NCBI RefSeq assembly: GCF_018350175.1
Contig: NC_058383.1
Location: 2,604,001-2,668,000 of the forward strand
Origin: Felis catus
Taxonomy: Eukaryota
DNA length: 64,000 bases
Reading direction: 5' to 3'
The notes beneath the pieces were generated by a model. The model saw nothing but the letters and a program-made list of their open reading frames with translations. It was not told the origin of the DNA and searched no databases. Positions 46,495 to 58,737 of the stretch are shown here, piece after piece; within the stretch, counting starts at the first letter, position 1; each line of letters opens with the position of its first letter. Made by a program: the position numbers and the translations under genes.

Positions 46495-46956
46495 AAAAAT
46501 AATTCCGATATTGGGTCTTTTTTTCTCTTAGAACATTAAAGGAGATAACATTGTCACCGGTAACATCCTTGTTTTAAAAAAAACAACTTAAAAAATCAAA
46601 AAACAAGTATCCTAATGGGAAACTTGTAGCAAATCCAATTCCTCACCTTGGTGCAATTATCAGGCACGGACTGTGAGCCCTGAGTGTGTCTGGTGCTGGG
46701 GATTAGTCATGAACACCCAGCGGTAAATTCTGCTGAGGGATTTTTCTCCGACCGCCTCAGGAAGTAGGCAATGTATTCAGGGGATGACCCCCTGTTTCCT
46801 GAGAAACGTTTGAAAGACTTTCACGCAGCTTCCAGCCCTACGGTAGGAAACAGACTGGGAGAAGTAAGTCAATAAGTCAGGAATGGTGCACGACATTTCG
46901 GTCCGCGACACTTAAACCAGAGTGTGCCCACCCCCTCTGCTTATACAAAGGCAGGC

Positions 46957-47168
46957 CTTTTATTAAAAATTTTTAATGTGTATTTATTTTTGAGAGAGAG
47001 GGACAGAGCACGAGCGGAGGAGGAACAGGGAGAGAGGGAGACACAGAATCCAAAACAGGCTCTAGGCTATCAGCACAGAGCCCAACGTGGGGCTCGAACT
47101 CACAAACCGCAAGATCATGCCCTGAGCCGAAGTCAGATGCTTAACTGGCTGAGCCACCCGGGCGCCCC
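46957..47168 (-). mobile_element. Can-SINE
   Basis: TSD tacaaa(g/a)gcagg at 46944-46955 and 47169-47180. Confidence 0.93.
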
Positions 47169-48057
47169 TACAAAAGCAGGTATTTAAATTTCACTTACAT
47201 GGGGCAGGACACTGAGGATCCCTGTTGGTCGGTTGAAGGTTGGGGGGTGGGGGGGAGGGGGGAAGGGATGAGGCGGAGAGGGCAGATGGGAAGTGTCCCA
47301 AAGCAAACTTCCTGGAAGAAGGAGCCTCTTCTTTGGGGTTCCCCACAGCTGCGTGAGGACCCCGCGGGGGCTCTCATTTGCCCCACGTGTCTGCTTTCCA
47401 CGTCAGAGCCATCAACTTCCTGGATGGGCAGACAGGAGGAGCCACTGGGGGTTCCCAGCTGCTCTGTGAAGGGGACACACCTAAGTGACACGGCCTCGTC
47501 ACCAGAGACGCTCTCTGGGCCACTGACACAAAATGAAGCATCCGCTGCGTCCCGGTGGAGGGAAGGTCATAGGTGTGCCTCCAGATGGTTCCTCTCGCTG
47601 GCAGACCACGGCTAGGGTTGCCCATCCTCGTGGGCTGAGATGTGCCCCAGGCCTGGAACGACAGGTTTGCTGAGTGGAACAGGCGAGTGGAATTCTGCAC
47701 TCCCTCCTGTGACGCTGTCCCGGAGCGCAGTGGAAATATGTCCCCGGGCCCCATCACACACACGGGGGCGATGCCAAGAGAGCCCATGCCAGACCGTGGC
47801 CTCTGTGGACACCGTGACCAAAACACTAGGATGAACACGAGAAGGGCCCTTCTGAGTCTCACTTTAGCTGGACGTGATTTTTAGCTCGTGGGACCATGGA
47901 TCTCACATCCTCGGTGAATGTGATGCCATCGGACCAGGCCGACGAGGCAGCTGGGGGCGTTTGGTGGGATTTCCACCACTGGCCGGGCTCGACTCTCCTG
48001 GAAGAGGTACCCGGGGTCCCTCAGAGAGGCAAAGACCAAAGCGTTTGGGGACACCTC

Positions 48058-48508
48058 TGCTGTGGGTTGAATCGCACTCCCCCAAAAGGAAAGTCGAAGT
48101 CTTAACTCGCGGTACCTGCGAATGTGACCTTCTTGAGAAATAGGGTCTTTGTAAACGTAATCAGGTGATGAGGAGGTCACGTTGGGTTAGCATGGTCCCC
48201 CATCCAGTGGCTGGTGTCCTCAAAAGACACAGCAAGAGTGGACACGCGACAGTGGACAATGGGAGACGAGGCCGTCTGCAGACACAGCCAGAGATTGGAG
48301 TGATGTGTCCGCAAGCCAGGAGCCCGGGAACGGCAGATGCTGGGAGAGAGACACTGGACAGCTTGTCCCCTGCAGCCTCTGGAAGGAGCCCATCCTGCTA
48401 ATGCCTTGACCCTGACCTCTGTCCTCCAGAGCTGGAAGAGGTTACATCTCTGTTATTTTAAGCCCCAGCTTCTGGTCGTTGGCTACGGCGGCCCTGTGAC
48501 ACGATACG
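48058..48508 (+). mobile_element. MLT1B/C-like MaLR LTR
   Basis: tgctgtgggttgaatcgcactcccccaaaa...gaatgtgaccttcttgagaaatagggtctttg...ctgttattttaagcccc. Confidence 0.85.
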
Positions 48509-50096
48509 CACACACACAGGCTCTTGGGAAGGTCATTTGCTGACACTTATCCAAATGCCGAACGCCCCTACCTCCTAACCCAGCTGTTCCTCTGCCAGAA
48601 ACCTGTGCTACAGATGTGTTCCCACGGGCCCCCAGAAGCAGGTGTATGGTGCGTGTTTTGCAACATGGCAGGAATCAGCCCCAAGTGGAGAACAGCCCAC
48701 ATCAGGAGGAGTCTCCGTGACTAAGTCGGGGTCCTTTTCCTCTATGGAGAAGAGTAAGGAATTCTTCACGTGCCCGTACAGAGCAGTACCCAACGCATAC
48801 TGCTGAAAAGAAAAAGTCAGTGCGCCGAAGCAAGCATGATTCACTAACCATTTTGAAGCTGAAGGTATTATATATGCGTGTGTGTGTGTGTGTGTGTGTG
48901 CGCACGTGTGTGAAAAGCACGTAACAGCGGAGATACAGGTACGGCTGTGTCTTCCGGAAGGAGGCACAAGCATTGGCAACATCCACCTCCGGGCAGGGGT
49001 GGGGGAAACCGGCGTCAGGACCAGGAGCGAGCCCTCCCCTCCCTACACCCCTCTGTGTGCCCGTGAAATCCTTACTTCCTGCAAGTAGTACCTGATGTTT
49101 GAAAAAACTTTTTCTAAAGTTCTCGTGCTCTGTAGCTGGCAATGTTATTCTTGGTTCGCGAGCCGATTTTTAGTTTCCGCCATTTGAAGGTGAGTTTGGT
49201 GACTGTTGAAGGAAAACGAAACGACAGTTTCAAGCTGCTGGCTGCAGGGAGTGGGCAGTTTGGGGTGCTGCGGGGGACAGTCCATGGCGAGGACACCACA
49301 CGACTCATCCACCCCGTGCGACTGTTCCCTGCTGAGTTTGACAACTGCCCTGTAGCTCAGCCTGCACTTGACATGCGACCTTGCAGCGGTTACTTTAGAG
49401 GCTGTGACGCTACGCCCGCCCAGATGGCAGGACAGTCAGGGGGCTTGTCCACAATCCCAGAGCTGGGGCGGGGAGGGACTTCCGGCCAGGTCCCCTGACT
49501 ATGACTTTGTGCTTTGTCTACGGGGTCCACAGTGGAACTGAAAATCAGACACTAAAGCAAGAACTCATCGAGTTCAAAATTTTTAAAAATATTCATTTTA
49601 ACCTTGACCCTGATCCAGAATGTTCTCCCCCCAGCAGCAGAGTGGGGGTGAAGGTGCATTGCCGGTGTCTGCTCTGAGCACCCCCAGCTTTCCTCGTCAC
49701 CAAAACGCAAAGCCAAACTTTGCCGTCCCCTGTAGGGCTCATCTACCCCCGTCCCCCTACGGCTGGTCCGAGCTCATCTGCCCCCTGGGAACCCGGCTCA
49801 CCCTCCACACCCTCCCCTCCAGCCAGCTGGCCTCTCCTCCCCGCTCCTCTACCTGTGCACCTGCGTCCCCCACCCCGGAGCGCCCTCCCGCTCCTCTGTC
49901 TCCGCAAGGCTGAGCGGCTTGTTCCTTTTAAGTGTCCCCTCTTAGCGGGGCTCTCCCAAGCACCTTCATGAAATCGGCAAGCCCCCTCACCCCCCTGTAG
50001 TCCCCATTCTGAGCCCTGCTTTGTTTTTCCACACAGCGCTCTCCTTCTAATATTTCACATAATGGACTTAATTAACATTTTGTGTGTCTATCTTCC

Positions 50097-50430
50097 TGTT
50101 ATGGACTAAATTGTGACGTGCACCCCATTCATGTGTTAAATGGGGCCTTTGAGGAGGCAGTTGGGTTCCATGAGACCATGAGAGCGGGGCCCCAGTCCGA
50201 CAGGACAGCTGGCCTTCCAAGCAAAGGAAGAGACACCAGGGAGCCCTCTTTCTCTCTCTGTGGGTGCACAGAGGGAAGGCAGCCGTCCACAAGCCAGGAA
50301 GAGTTCTCACCAGAAGCCAACAAGGTGATGGCGCCTCGATCTTGGACTTCCAGCCTCTGGGACCGTGACAGATCGACGGTCTGTCATGGAAGCGCCCCGG
50401 CCGTGGTCTCTTGTGGCGGCCACAGCAGAC
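50097..50430 (+). mobile_element. MLT1A-like MaLR LTR
   Basis: tgttatggactaaattgtg...attcatgtgttaaa...aagccaggaagagttctcaccagaagcc...gatcttggacttccagcctc. Confidence 0.8.
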
Positions 50431-52439
50431 GGACAGGTCCCCCCTCACCCCGACTGGAATGCCAGCTCCGTGAAGCAGGTGTTTGGTTCTCCTGTTCTCT
50501 TCTGCACGACTCACTGCTACAAGGATGCCCCGAAAGTATTCGCCGAGAGAATTTGGATGTGGCCCCCGCAGGGAATGTAGAGATGGGTCGTGGGGCTTCT
50601 CAGGATGTCATGGGGACAGTGAGTCCATACTCGGTTGGTGAGAACTGCCACTTTCCCCAGTTCCTTCCAGAACAGTGTGTGAGGGCCTGGCCCGTGCTCC
50701 CGCACCTGCTGTGATGATTCTCTTTCCGCTCCGACCCTGCTCTGAGATGTGCCGCCAGATGCACCACTCTTTGGCGCCTCAGAGGTTGAAGCTGGTGAGG
50801 ACTGCCAGATATGGAACAGGTGTGTCCCCATCCCCGCTTCCCCGTGTCTGCTTCCAGCGGCCCCTCTGCAGGCTGCGGTATGTTCGGATCAGGCCCCGGG
50901 GGAGACGTCCACCTGTCCCCTCTGAGCTGGGAATCGCCACATCGTGCGAAGTCGAGGCGGCAAAGACGGGGTGGCTCACGCTCCGCCTGACTCCGGGTTG
51001 CACACACCGCTTATTTTCCGTGCCCGGTGCCAAAATGCGAGACTCGTGCCGCATGCCCGCTTATTTCCAAAGGCTCTGGGGTTCTAGACGCATCGGCGGC
51101 ATTCACACGCTCGGGGAGGTGTGATCGTCGCCGACACGCGGGGCGCGCTGGTGTCTGTGAGCCAGGAGGCTCCGAACTCCTTCCCGGACACATCAAACAC
51201 GCACATATGGTGTTGGAGGGTGTCGTCATTCCAGACACATAGCATATGTCCTTGGAGCAGACAAGGCACTAAATTAATTCTAAACACCGGTTGTAAGTTT
51301 CTCACTGAAATGCTCCCTTCACTGTATAAATAGCTTTTGTGTTCCACATTTCCTACAGCGGGCTCTGTGGAAGCCCAGACAGGCGAAGAAGGCTTTATTT
51401 TTACAGCGCTGAGCCGTCTTCAAAATTGCCCCATCTCCATAAAGGGAAATTGGGAGAAAATGATTAAATGCTAAGCACAGGGACGCGAACTTCTCTCCTC
51501 TTGTTTCAGAAGGGGGCACTGAGGGCCTCTGAAGGACGCTGGTCCCAACCGGCCCTTTCCTTCTCTTGTCCGGGATAGCTGTGTCCCCACTGAAACCTGG
51601 AGCTTGGACTTCTTGGCCCCAGTCCTACCTGTGCTTCTCTGCTGAGCTGGGCGTTTGCTCCGCTCTGGGTGTTTATACTGACCCCGAGGCAACATCGGGA
51701 GCATCAGATTTGAGACCAGAACAAGCTAGAATCCTGGCCAGAGGAGGCGGAAATGAGATGGAAATTAACTTTCTGGGTGAGTATGTTTGGGGCGGTGGAG
51801 ACAACAGAGGGGCAGACCCCTGGGGCTCAGCCTGAGTCGCCAGCCTTGGGCCTCCTCTGCCCTCCGCCCCCCTTCCCCTGCTCTGCCCTGCCCTCTCCTC
51901 CCCACCTTCTCCCTTTCCCTCCCTCCCATCCGGTCCTCTCTCCTCTTCTCCCCTTGCCCCACCTCCTGTTCCAGCCTCGAGTTCTGCTCACCATCCCCAT
52001 GACCAGATCAACCAGGACCACAGCCGGTCCATGTGGTTATTGTATGGATATTGGGAAAGTGAGCTCTTCTGAGTGTGCACAGCTCTGTGGGCACTCACCT
52101 TGGTAAGTGGACAATGATCTGTGCAAAGGAAAAGCCTCCCCTTCCTCTGAGCAGATGTAGATTTGTGATGAGCGTTAGAGCTCAGTGAATGGAGGGCAGG
52201 ATGGATTTCAACTCCCACTTACGCTCTTGGCTGGGTGCCTTTGTACAGTGCACGACCTGCACCACAGTCCCAGGCGGCCGAGGGAAGGTGGCCCCAGCCG
52301 TTTCGTCCGGAATACATACTTCCAACTTGCTACTGGCCCTTGTGACGGATTATATTCTCAAAAAACCAAAAACCGAAACCAAAACAAAACCAAAAGGCAG
52401 GAAGAGTGTCTCTCATTTCACATGATCTTCTTACAATGT

Positions 52440-52925
52440 CGGTTCTTTCACCTACAGTGGGCGGCCCATCCCCTTGAATCTGGGCGGCTATGACTATGGC
52501 AGAAGTGATGCTATGTGACTGTCAAGGCTAGGCTCTAAAAGGTGATAAAGTTTCCACTTGGTCGTCTTGGGATGTTCACTCTTGGAACTGAGCCGCCAGG
52601 CCGCGAGGAAGCCCTCCTGCCCAGGCGGAGGGACCTGAGGGAGAGGCCGCGGGCCTGCCCTCCAGCTCACAGCCCAGCTGAGGTCCCGGCCACCAGCCGG
52701 CACGAACCGCCAGACACGTGAGTGAGAGTGCCTCCAGAAGATCCCAACCCCAGCCGTGCCCAGGCTTCGAGTCTCCCAAGGGGCCAGGCCCGGCAAAGCA
52801 GACGTGAGCCAGTCCTGTCGCGCTTTGCCCAAATTCCTGGCTCAGAGTCCAGGAACATGAGCTGCTTCTTTCCCTCCACGAAGCTGGGGTGTTTTTCTCA
52901 CACAGCAGGAATAGCCAGAGCAGCC
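52440..52925 (+). mobile_element. MLT1F/H-like MaLR LTR
   Basis: ccccttgaatctgggcggc...ggcagaagtgatgctatgtgactgtcaaggctaggctctaaaagg...tgcccaaattcctggctcagag. Confidence 0.75.
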
Positions 52926-53386
52926 TTCGAACCTCCCTCAAGAAGCTCTCGTGGAAGCCCGGGCCCAGCCCGTCTTCTGTGCCCCCATCCCTTGCCCCAG
53001 GCTGCTTGACCTCAGTCCTCGTGTTGTGCATCAGCTCACTGAATCCCCACCTCAACCCTGAGCCGAGTATTCTCATCCGCATTTGACACGCAAGGACATC
53101 GAAGCTTATACGATTAGTGGATCTTGCGCAGGCCCACGGCGGAAGGGGCTGTGATGGGAAAAATGCAGACGTGCATAAAATAAAATGCGTGAGTATTTCT
53201 CCTGGGGCCAGCTTCCTGCACCTCCCGACTTGCACAGGGGGAGCTCTTCGCTAGGGACCCCTGGTGGGTGAATGAAGCCCACCGTGAGTCCTGAGCTCAG
53301 CGCCCCTCCCCGCCCCCAGGGTGTCAGGGACCACCAGGCACAAACAAAACAGCAAGAAGACAGGTTTCCAGCCGAGGAGCGGGAGA

Positions 53387-53415
53387 TCGGACACGTGGCT
53401 CGGACACGTGGCTCG
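53387..53415. repeat. 13-bp tandem duplication generating two CACGTG E-boxes
   Basis: tcggacacgtggc twice; E-boxes at 53392-53397 and 53405-53410. Confidence 0.9.
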
Positions 53416-53799
53416 CTGGGGACAGCTGGCTCCAAGTGGAGCCCTGTGGGTGGCCCGGGTAGGAAGCAAGCGGGAAGTGGGGAGGTGTGTGTGACTGACG
53501 TTTGCGCCGGTGGAGGCCCGGGGGGGCGGCCGGCTGCGGGGTCCTGCGAGCCAGGTCTCCGTGCGCAGGCTCCGCTGGGTTCCGGGCTGAGAAATTGGGG
53601 GCACTGACCTCGCCTGGCGGCCTGGGAGCTGGTTCAGTTTCCTCACTGGCTGCAACAGCACGCGGCTGTGGAGCGGGACCAGCCTGGAGGAGCCAGAACT
53701 ACCCCTCGTACAATGAGCCCTTTTTCCCATAAAACATCCCTTTTATATATTGACTTTGAACGTCACCAGTGGCTTGCATGTTTAAGAAATCCCACAATA

Positions 53800-54600
53800 C
53801 AGTAATACACTGTAACAAATTTTTTTCAAACAGAACATGGAATAAAAAGTTCAAGTTCCCTCTTTATTCCCACCTCCCCACTTTCTCTCTACAGAGGAAG
53901 CACTGTTGATACTCTATACCCTGTCCCTGTATAGTCTCTTGTCTATGGATTTGCCTCTGTCTCCACGCACGAGTGCGTGTGCATTCAGACACGGGGTTTT
54001 ACGTAAGTGCGATTGTGCCGTTTGCATTATTCTGGGGCTTGTTATTCACTGAACTTTTACTCGTTGTCCTGTGTTTTGTTTTGTTTTTTTTTCCATGTCT
54101 GCACACTTAGCTCTGACACTCCTCCTTCTTGCAGCCACGTGGCTTTCTGTAGCATCTCTGTGTCACAGTTTATTTACGCAAGTCCTTCTTGGAAGCCATC
54201 GAGACTATTTCCCGTTTGGGCTATTACCGTTGCTGCAAATCCACATCTTTCCAGTGACTTCTTCCTCGCTATATTTGTGCGAGCGTTTCTACAAAACAGG
54301 TGGGATTGGCATTGTTACGTTGCAGGGTGCGCCTACCTTGTTAGAGACACCATCAACCTGCCCTCCCCAAAGGCTGTACGAACGCTTCCTCCCGTTGTGT
54401 GCCAGAGTCCGTACATCACAGCCTCTTCAGGACTAACCCGTTATCAATCTTCCTACTCCTTGCCAATCTAATACGCACAAATTATATCACTGCTGCTGCA
54501 ACTTGCATTTTCCTATTTAACTACTTGGGCGGAACATACTTACATATGTTTATTGGCCGATCATATCTCATCTATAAAACTGCCTATTCGTATCTGTGTT
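53800..54600 (-). mobile_element. L1ME-like fragment
   Basis: Degenerate reverse L1 3' motifs (cagtttatttacgcaagtcc, gactattttcccgtttgggctattac, acatatgtttattggcc). Confidence 0.5.
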
Positions 54601-54695
54601 TCTTAGGATGCGTTGGGGAGCAAAGGACAGAAAAATGTGACTCAACTGGCTTCAACAATAAGGAATTTATCTTCTTTTATTTTTAACCTAAAAAC

Positions 54696-54908
54696 TTTTT
54701 TTTTTAACGTTTACTTATTTTTGAGACAGAGAGACAGAGCACGAGCAGGAAAGGGGCAGAGAGAGAGGGAGACACAGAATCCGAAAAGCAGGCTCCAGGC
54801 TCTGAGCTGTCGGCACAGAGCCTGATGCGGGGCTCGAACTCACAAACGGTAAGATCATGATCTGAGCCGAAGTCGGACGCTTAGCCGACTGAGTCACCCA
54901 GGCGTCCC
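54696..54908 (-). mobile_element. Can-SINE
   Basis: Reverse SINEC body directly abutting the tail of the next SINE. Confidence 0.94.
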
Positions 54909-54914
54909 TTTATC

Positions 54915-54950
<36 letters not shown>

Positions 54951-55149
54951 TCTTTTGAGAGAGGGAGAGAGAGCACACGAGTGCCTGAGCAGGGGAGAGG
55001 CAGAGAGTGGGAGAGAGAGAATCCCAAGCAGGCTCTGCCCTATCAGCACGAAGCCCAAACGTGGGACTCGAACCCACAGATCTTAAGATCATGACCTGAG
55101 CCAAAACCAAGAGTCGGATGCTTAACCTACTGAGCCACCCAGGTGCCCC
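54909..55149 (-). mobile_element. Can-SINE with (ATT)n tail
   Basis: (att)n at about 54918-54950, then SINEC body ending gccacccaggtgcccc. Confidence 0.93.
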
Positions 55150-58054
55150 TCAGTGTCTGTTTCTAAGGCTGAGAAACACCTTTCCTGGAAGCCCCCCCCA
55201 CCCCTCCCAGCAGATGGGACCCACAGTACCACCTGTCACCACCCGTCCTATCTGGGGAACCTGGGCAAGAAGGATGACCCACCGTGATGGGCCTCAAGGA
55301 ATCCAGACTCTAGGGCACTGGGCATGTGGAGGTGGCCCTGAGCAACCCCGGATCCCCTAGAAAGGGGGAGGGAGGAGCAGCCCCCACAGCAATCAACACA
55401 CCTCGAGATGATGTGTGCTGCCCATTTTTCCAATGGGTTATTTGTCTTTTCTTTTTGATTTGTGGGAGCTCTTTATATATTATGGAAAGTCATCTCTTTT
55501 CCCTGAGAGCTGTTAACCTGTCTCCTGGTCTGTTGCTTTTCTGTGAGTGGATTATATTTATGTAAGGCTAGAATTCAGCTGGAAGTATGCTTCTTCTCCC
55601 TCTCTTTTCTTGACTTCATTAATAATACAGACGCTTTTGTCTTGCTGAAAAACAAAACTGGAGGCAGCTAAAGGTGAGTGAAGTCATCCTACTGGTTTGC
55701 GGGCTTTGAAGGCACAGGATGTATCCAACTAGAGGCACAGCTGCTGAGTCGTCGTCTGGGAGGCTGCAGATAGTGTGGTGCTCCCTGTCACCTGCTGACA
55801 GAAGAGAGTAGCAGAGACACGAGGCCATCGCAGCCCCACGAGGAGGGGCTGCCCAGGAAAGGAACTGGCCCGTCTGACGCCCACGTGCATCTGAGATTGT
55901 TTCCACATAGGATCCACCTGGCAGGTGCTGCCGATGGGGTTCACCCGAGGACAAAGCTGACTCCCAGAGTGACGGTCACTAATGGGCAGAAACATCTCAG
56001 ACCACAGGTGTTTCCAGGAGTCATGCAGGCCCGGGCTGGCGTGATGGGCACCGAAAAATGCCTTTACAGTGACCTCAAGCATGAGCATCCTCCCCCCCAT
56101 CCTGGGGCTCCCAGCCTCCCTCCACACACCCCTGGGAGGTGGAGAAGCATCCCTGACAGGTGCATGGGGAATGAATCTTTGATCTCTCATTGGTCTCACC
56201 CAATTTGTTTAGAACTCAGGGGAACAAGTGGGGGGGGGTGTTATTTCGTGGAAATTCCCTCTGCGACCCCAGAGCCTTCTCTGTGGACTCGGAGGCTGGA
56301 ATGAATACCGGGAGCTCACGTGTGTGTTGTGTGTCCCACACTCCAGGTGCCGTTCTCCAGGCTTTGCGGGCGTGATGGCCCTATGAAGAACCATTGCTCC
56401 CACTTTACAGGTGGGAAGACTGAGGCAGGGAAGGCTAAGTAGCCACCAGGCAATGCTGCTGCTTTCTCCCCAAGCCCCAGGCCCCTCCCCCCGCCTGTCT
56501 ATGGAAAGCAGAGCCCTTTTGCCAAAGCCTGAGTCGGGTCTTTGGTGTCCGGGCTCCGCCTGGCTGGAGCTCGTCTTCTTCGAGTCAGGCCAGAGCACCG
56601 GTTTCTTGGTGTGAGGACGGCGTTGACCAAGCCTTCAAACGGGAAGGTCCCAAGGGACGGTCTGCGGAAGGAGGAAACAAGGGGTGCTGCTATACAGGAG
56701 GACAGGCCCGCTCGGAGGCTGGGGTGACACTCGGGACTGCCCCCCACAGATAGCCATAGGGGCTGAGGAGGCGGCCAGCCAGGAGGTGGGGACAGCTGTC
56801 ACATCACAGAGGTGTCACTCTGATTCCTTGCCGGGGGTCACCCGTCCTGCTGTCACACTCCGACCTCTCACGTGTGTCTGTCAGCTCTCGGACCACAGAT
56901 GTGTCAATGTCCTGAAATCTGGTGCCACATGCCAGGCTGGGGAGAAAGCCCCACCCGTGCCCCACCAGCTGCACCCACACGTGCCCCGAGGCTGCAGGTG
57001 GGACGCGGTGCGTACGTGTGCACGTCGGCACGTGCATTGCTCTGCAGAGAGAGTGTGCAGGGTCCCCCAGCCTCGCAAAGAGGGTCATCCTGAGGGGTTG
57101 GGAGCGTCGTCGGGTGATGACCATCGCCGAGGTGGGCCTGGCGGGCAGTGAGCGGCCTTCGTGTTGACCTCACAGAGCTGCAGGTGAATGCCTCGTTAAT
57201 ATCACAACCTTTGAGCAGCCATAGGCGACATCTGGGGAGAAAGAGCTGGAATTACCAGCTCCCTCAGGTCTGTGCTTCCAAATGCTCCTGCTGCCTCTCT
57301 CTTCCGCCGACCCCTCCCTGACCGGGAATAGTCGGGAGCTGATCGCGGTCAAATTGCCTCCTGCAGTCGCTAAACACAAACGCGAGGCCCCATGGAACGC
57401 AAAAGCGGGTCCCTCGAGGCACCACGGCCAAGGAGGGTATTTGCCAGAGTGGGTGGTTACAGACCAGATTTCCTCTGCAGCCGCATCCCATGGCAGCTGA
57501 AACCTGTTGTCCCCAAATGGCCCGGGAGGTGAGAGCTGGGGAGCTTCTGGGGCCTCAGGCCATTAATCTCACTCACGGCCCTAATGCCGGAGCACATTTA
57601 TGGCCCAATCAGTCCTTGTGCCTTGTCTCCTTGGCGTCTCTGCTTTGTTAACATTCAGCGTCCATATTTTCTGGTGACAAACTAGGTCATATCTATGGCA
57701 AAGGGTACTCTGAAATCATACTGTGTCATGGTTATGAAATGAAACATATATTGACCCTAGACTGGTGATTCTTTCTTAATTCAGATGGAAAGGTCAAAAC
57801 CAGAGAAGGAGGCAGTGAACCCCCGCCCCCAGATTTCCCAGACACCCCCCTCATGCCTAAGTGGTGCCTTGCGACCAGCTCTGGCCAATGGTCAGAGCTT
57901 AGGTGACAAGTGCCATTCCGGGCAGGAGCACTGACCAGCTGGTGCAGGAAGCCTTCACTCTCCCTTCCCTGCCACGGAACTGTGGGGGCCACGTGTCGGG
58001 TGGTAAAGCCACCCAGGAAAGCAGCCTGGGTGACCGAGGCACTGAGTAGAAGAC

Positions 58055-58577
58055 TGTTTCCAAATACAGTATTTTGATAGAAACTGTGAGGCACAGCAGG
58101 GCCAGGACACCAGGAGACGACCGCCGTTGGAAACATAGTCTTCGCTGGCAGTTCCCAGAGGAGGGGGCACGGGATGCCATGTGGGCCACCCGGGGACGCC
58201 CCAGGGCCAGTCAGGAGGCAGAGGGAGGCGGTGCTTGGGCGAGAGCCTTACTGTAGTTCCCGTGGGAAGGAGCGGGTGAGGCAGGGCAAGTAGGCTGACG
58301 ACCTACCAGTCTGGGTAATTCCAGTGGGCTCCGGGGCATGGGGGCTGTCCCGGCTGTCTGGTCCCTGGGGGTTAGGACTGGAGAACAGTGGCCCAGAGTG
58401 TGAGGGCCCCATGGAGGAGGGGGTCGGGGTGTGGGCTCTGGGTTGGCTGGTCTGCATCTGAGAAGTGTGCTCTTGGGTTAGTGGTTTAGGACCCTCAGGA
58501 ACTGGCTAACCGTGGGAGGGGCAGTCCCTCCAGGGAAAAGCAACAAGACACAGAAAATAAAAGACATGGTTGATACA
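58055..58577 (-). mobile_element. Complete MER74/MER73-like ERVL solo LTR
   Basis: Minus strand reads tgtatcaaccatgtcttttattttctgtg...ggagggactgcccctccc...ggaaaca (TG..CA ends). 5-bp TSD aagac at 58050-58054 and 58578-58582. Confidence 0.85.
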
Positions 58578-58737
58578 AAGACAACCACTCAGGAGCAGAG
58601 TGGAACTCACTGTGGGCTTTGTGGAAGGGAAATTAACCTTTGTTATATGAAGCCATAGAGATTGGGTTGATTCACTAAGGCAGTACAAGGAAAAGCACGG
58701 GCACATGGATGTTGAGCTGACTCTCAGCACCAATATA

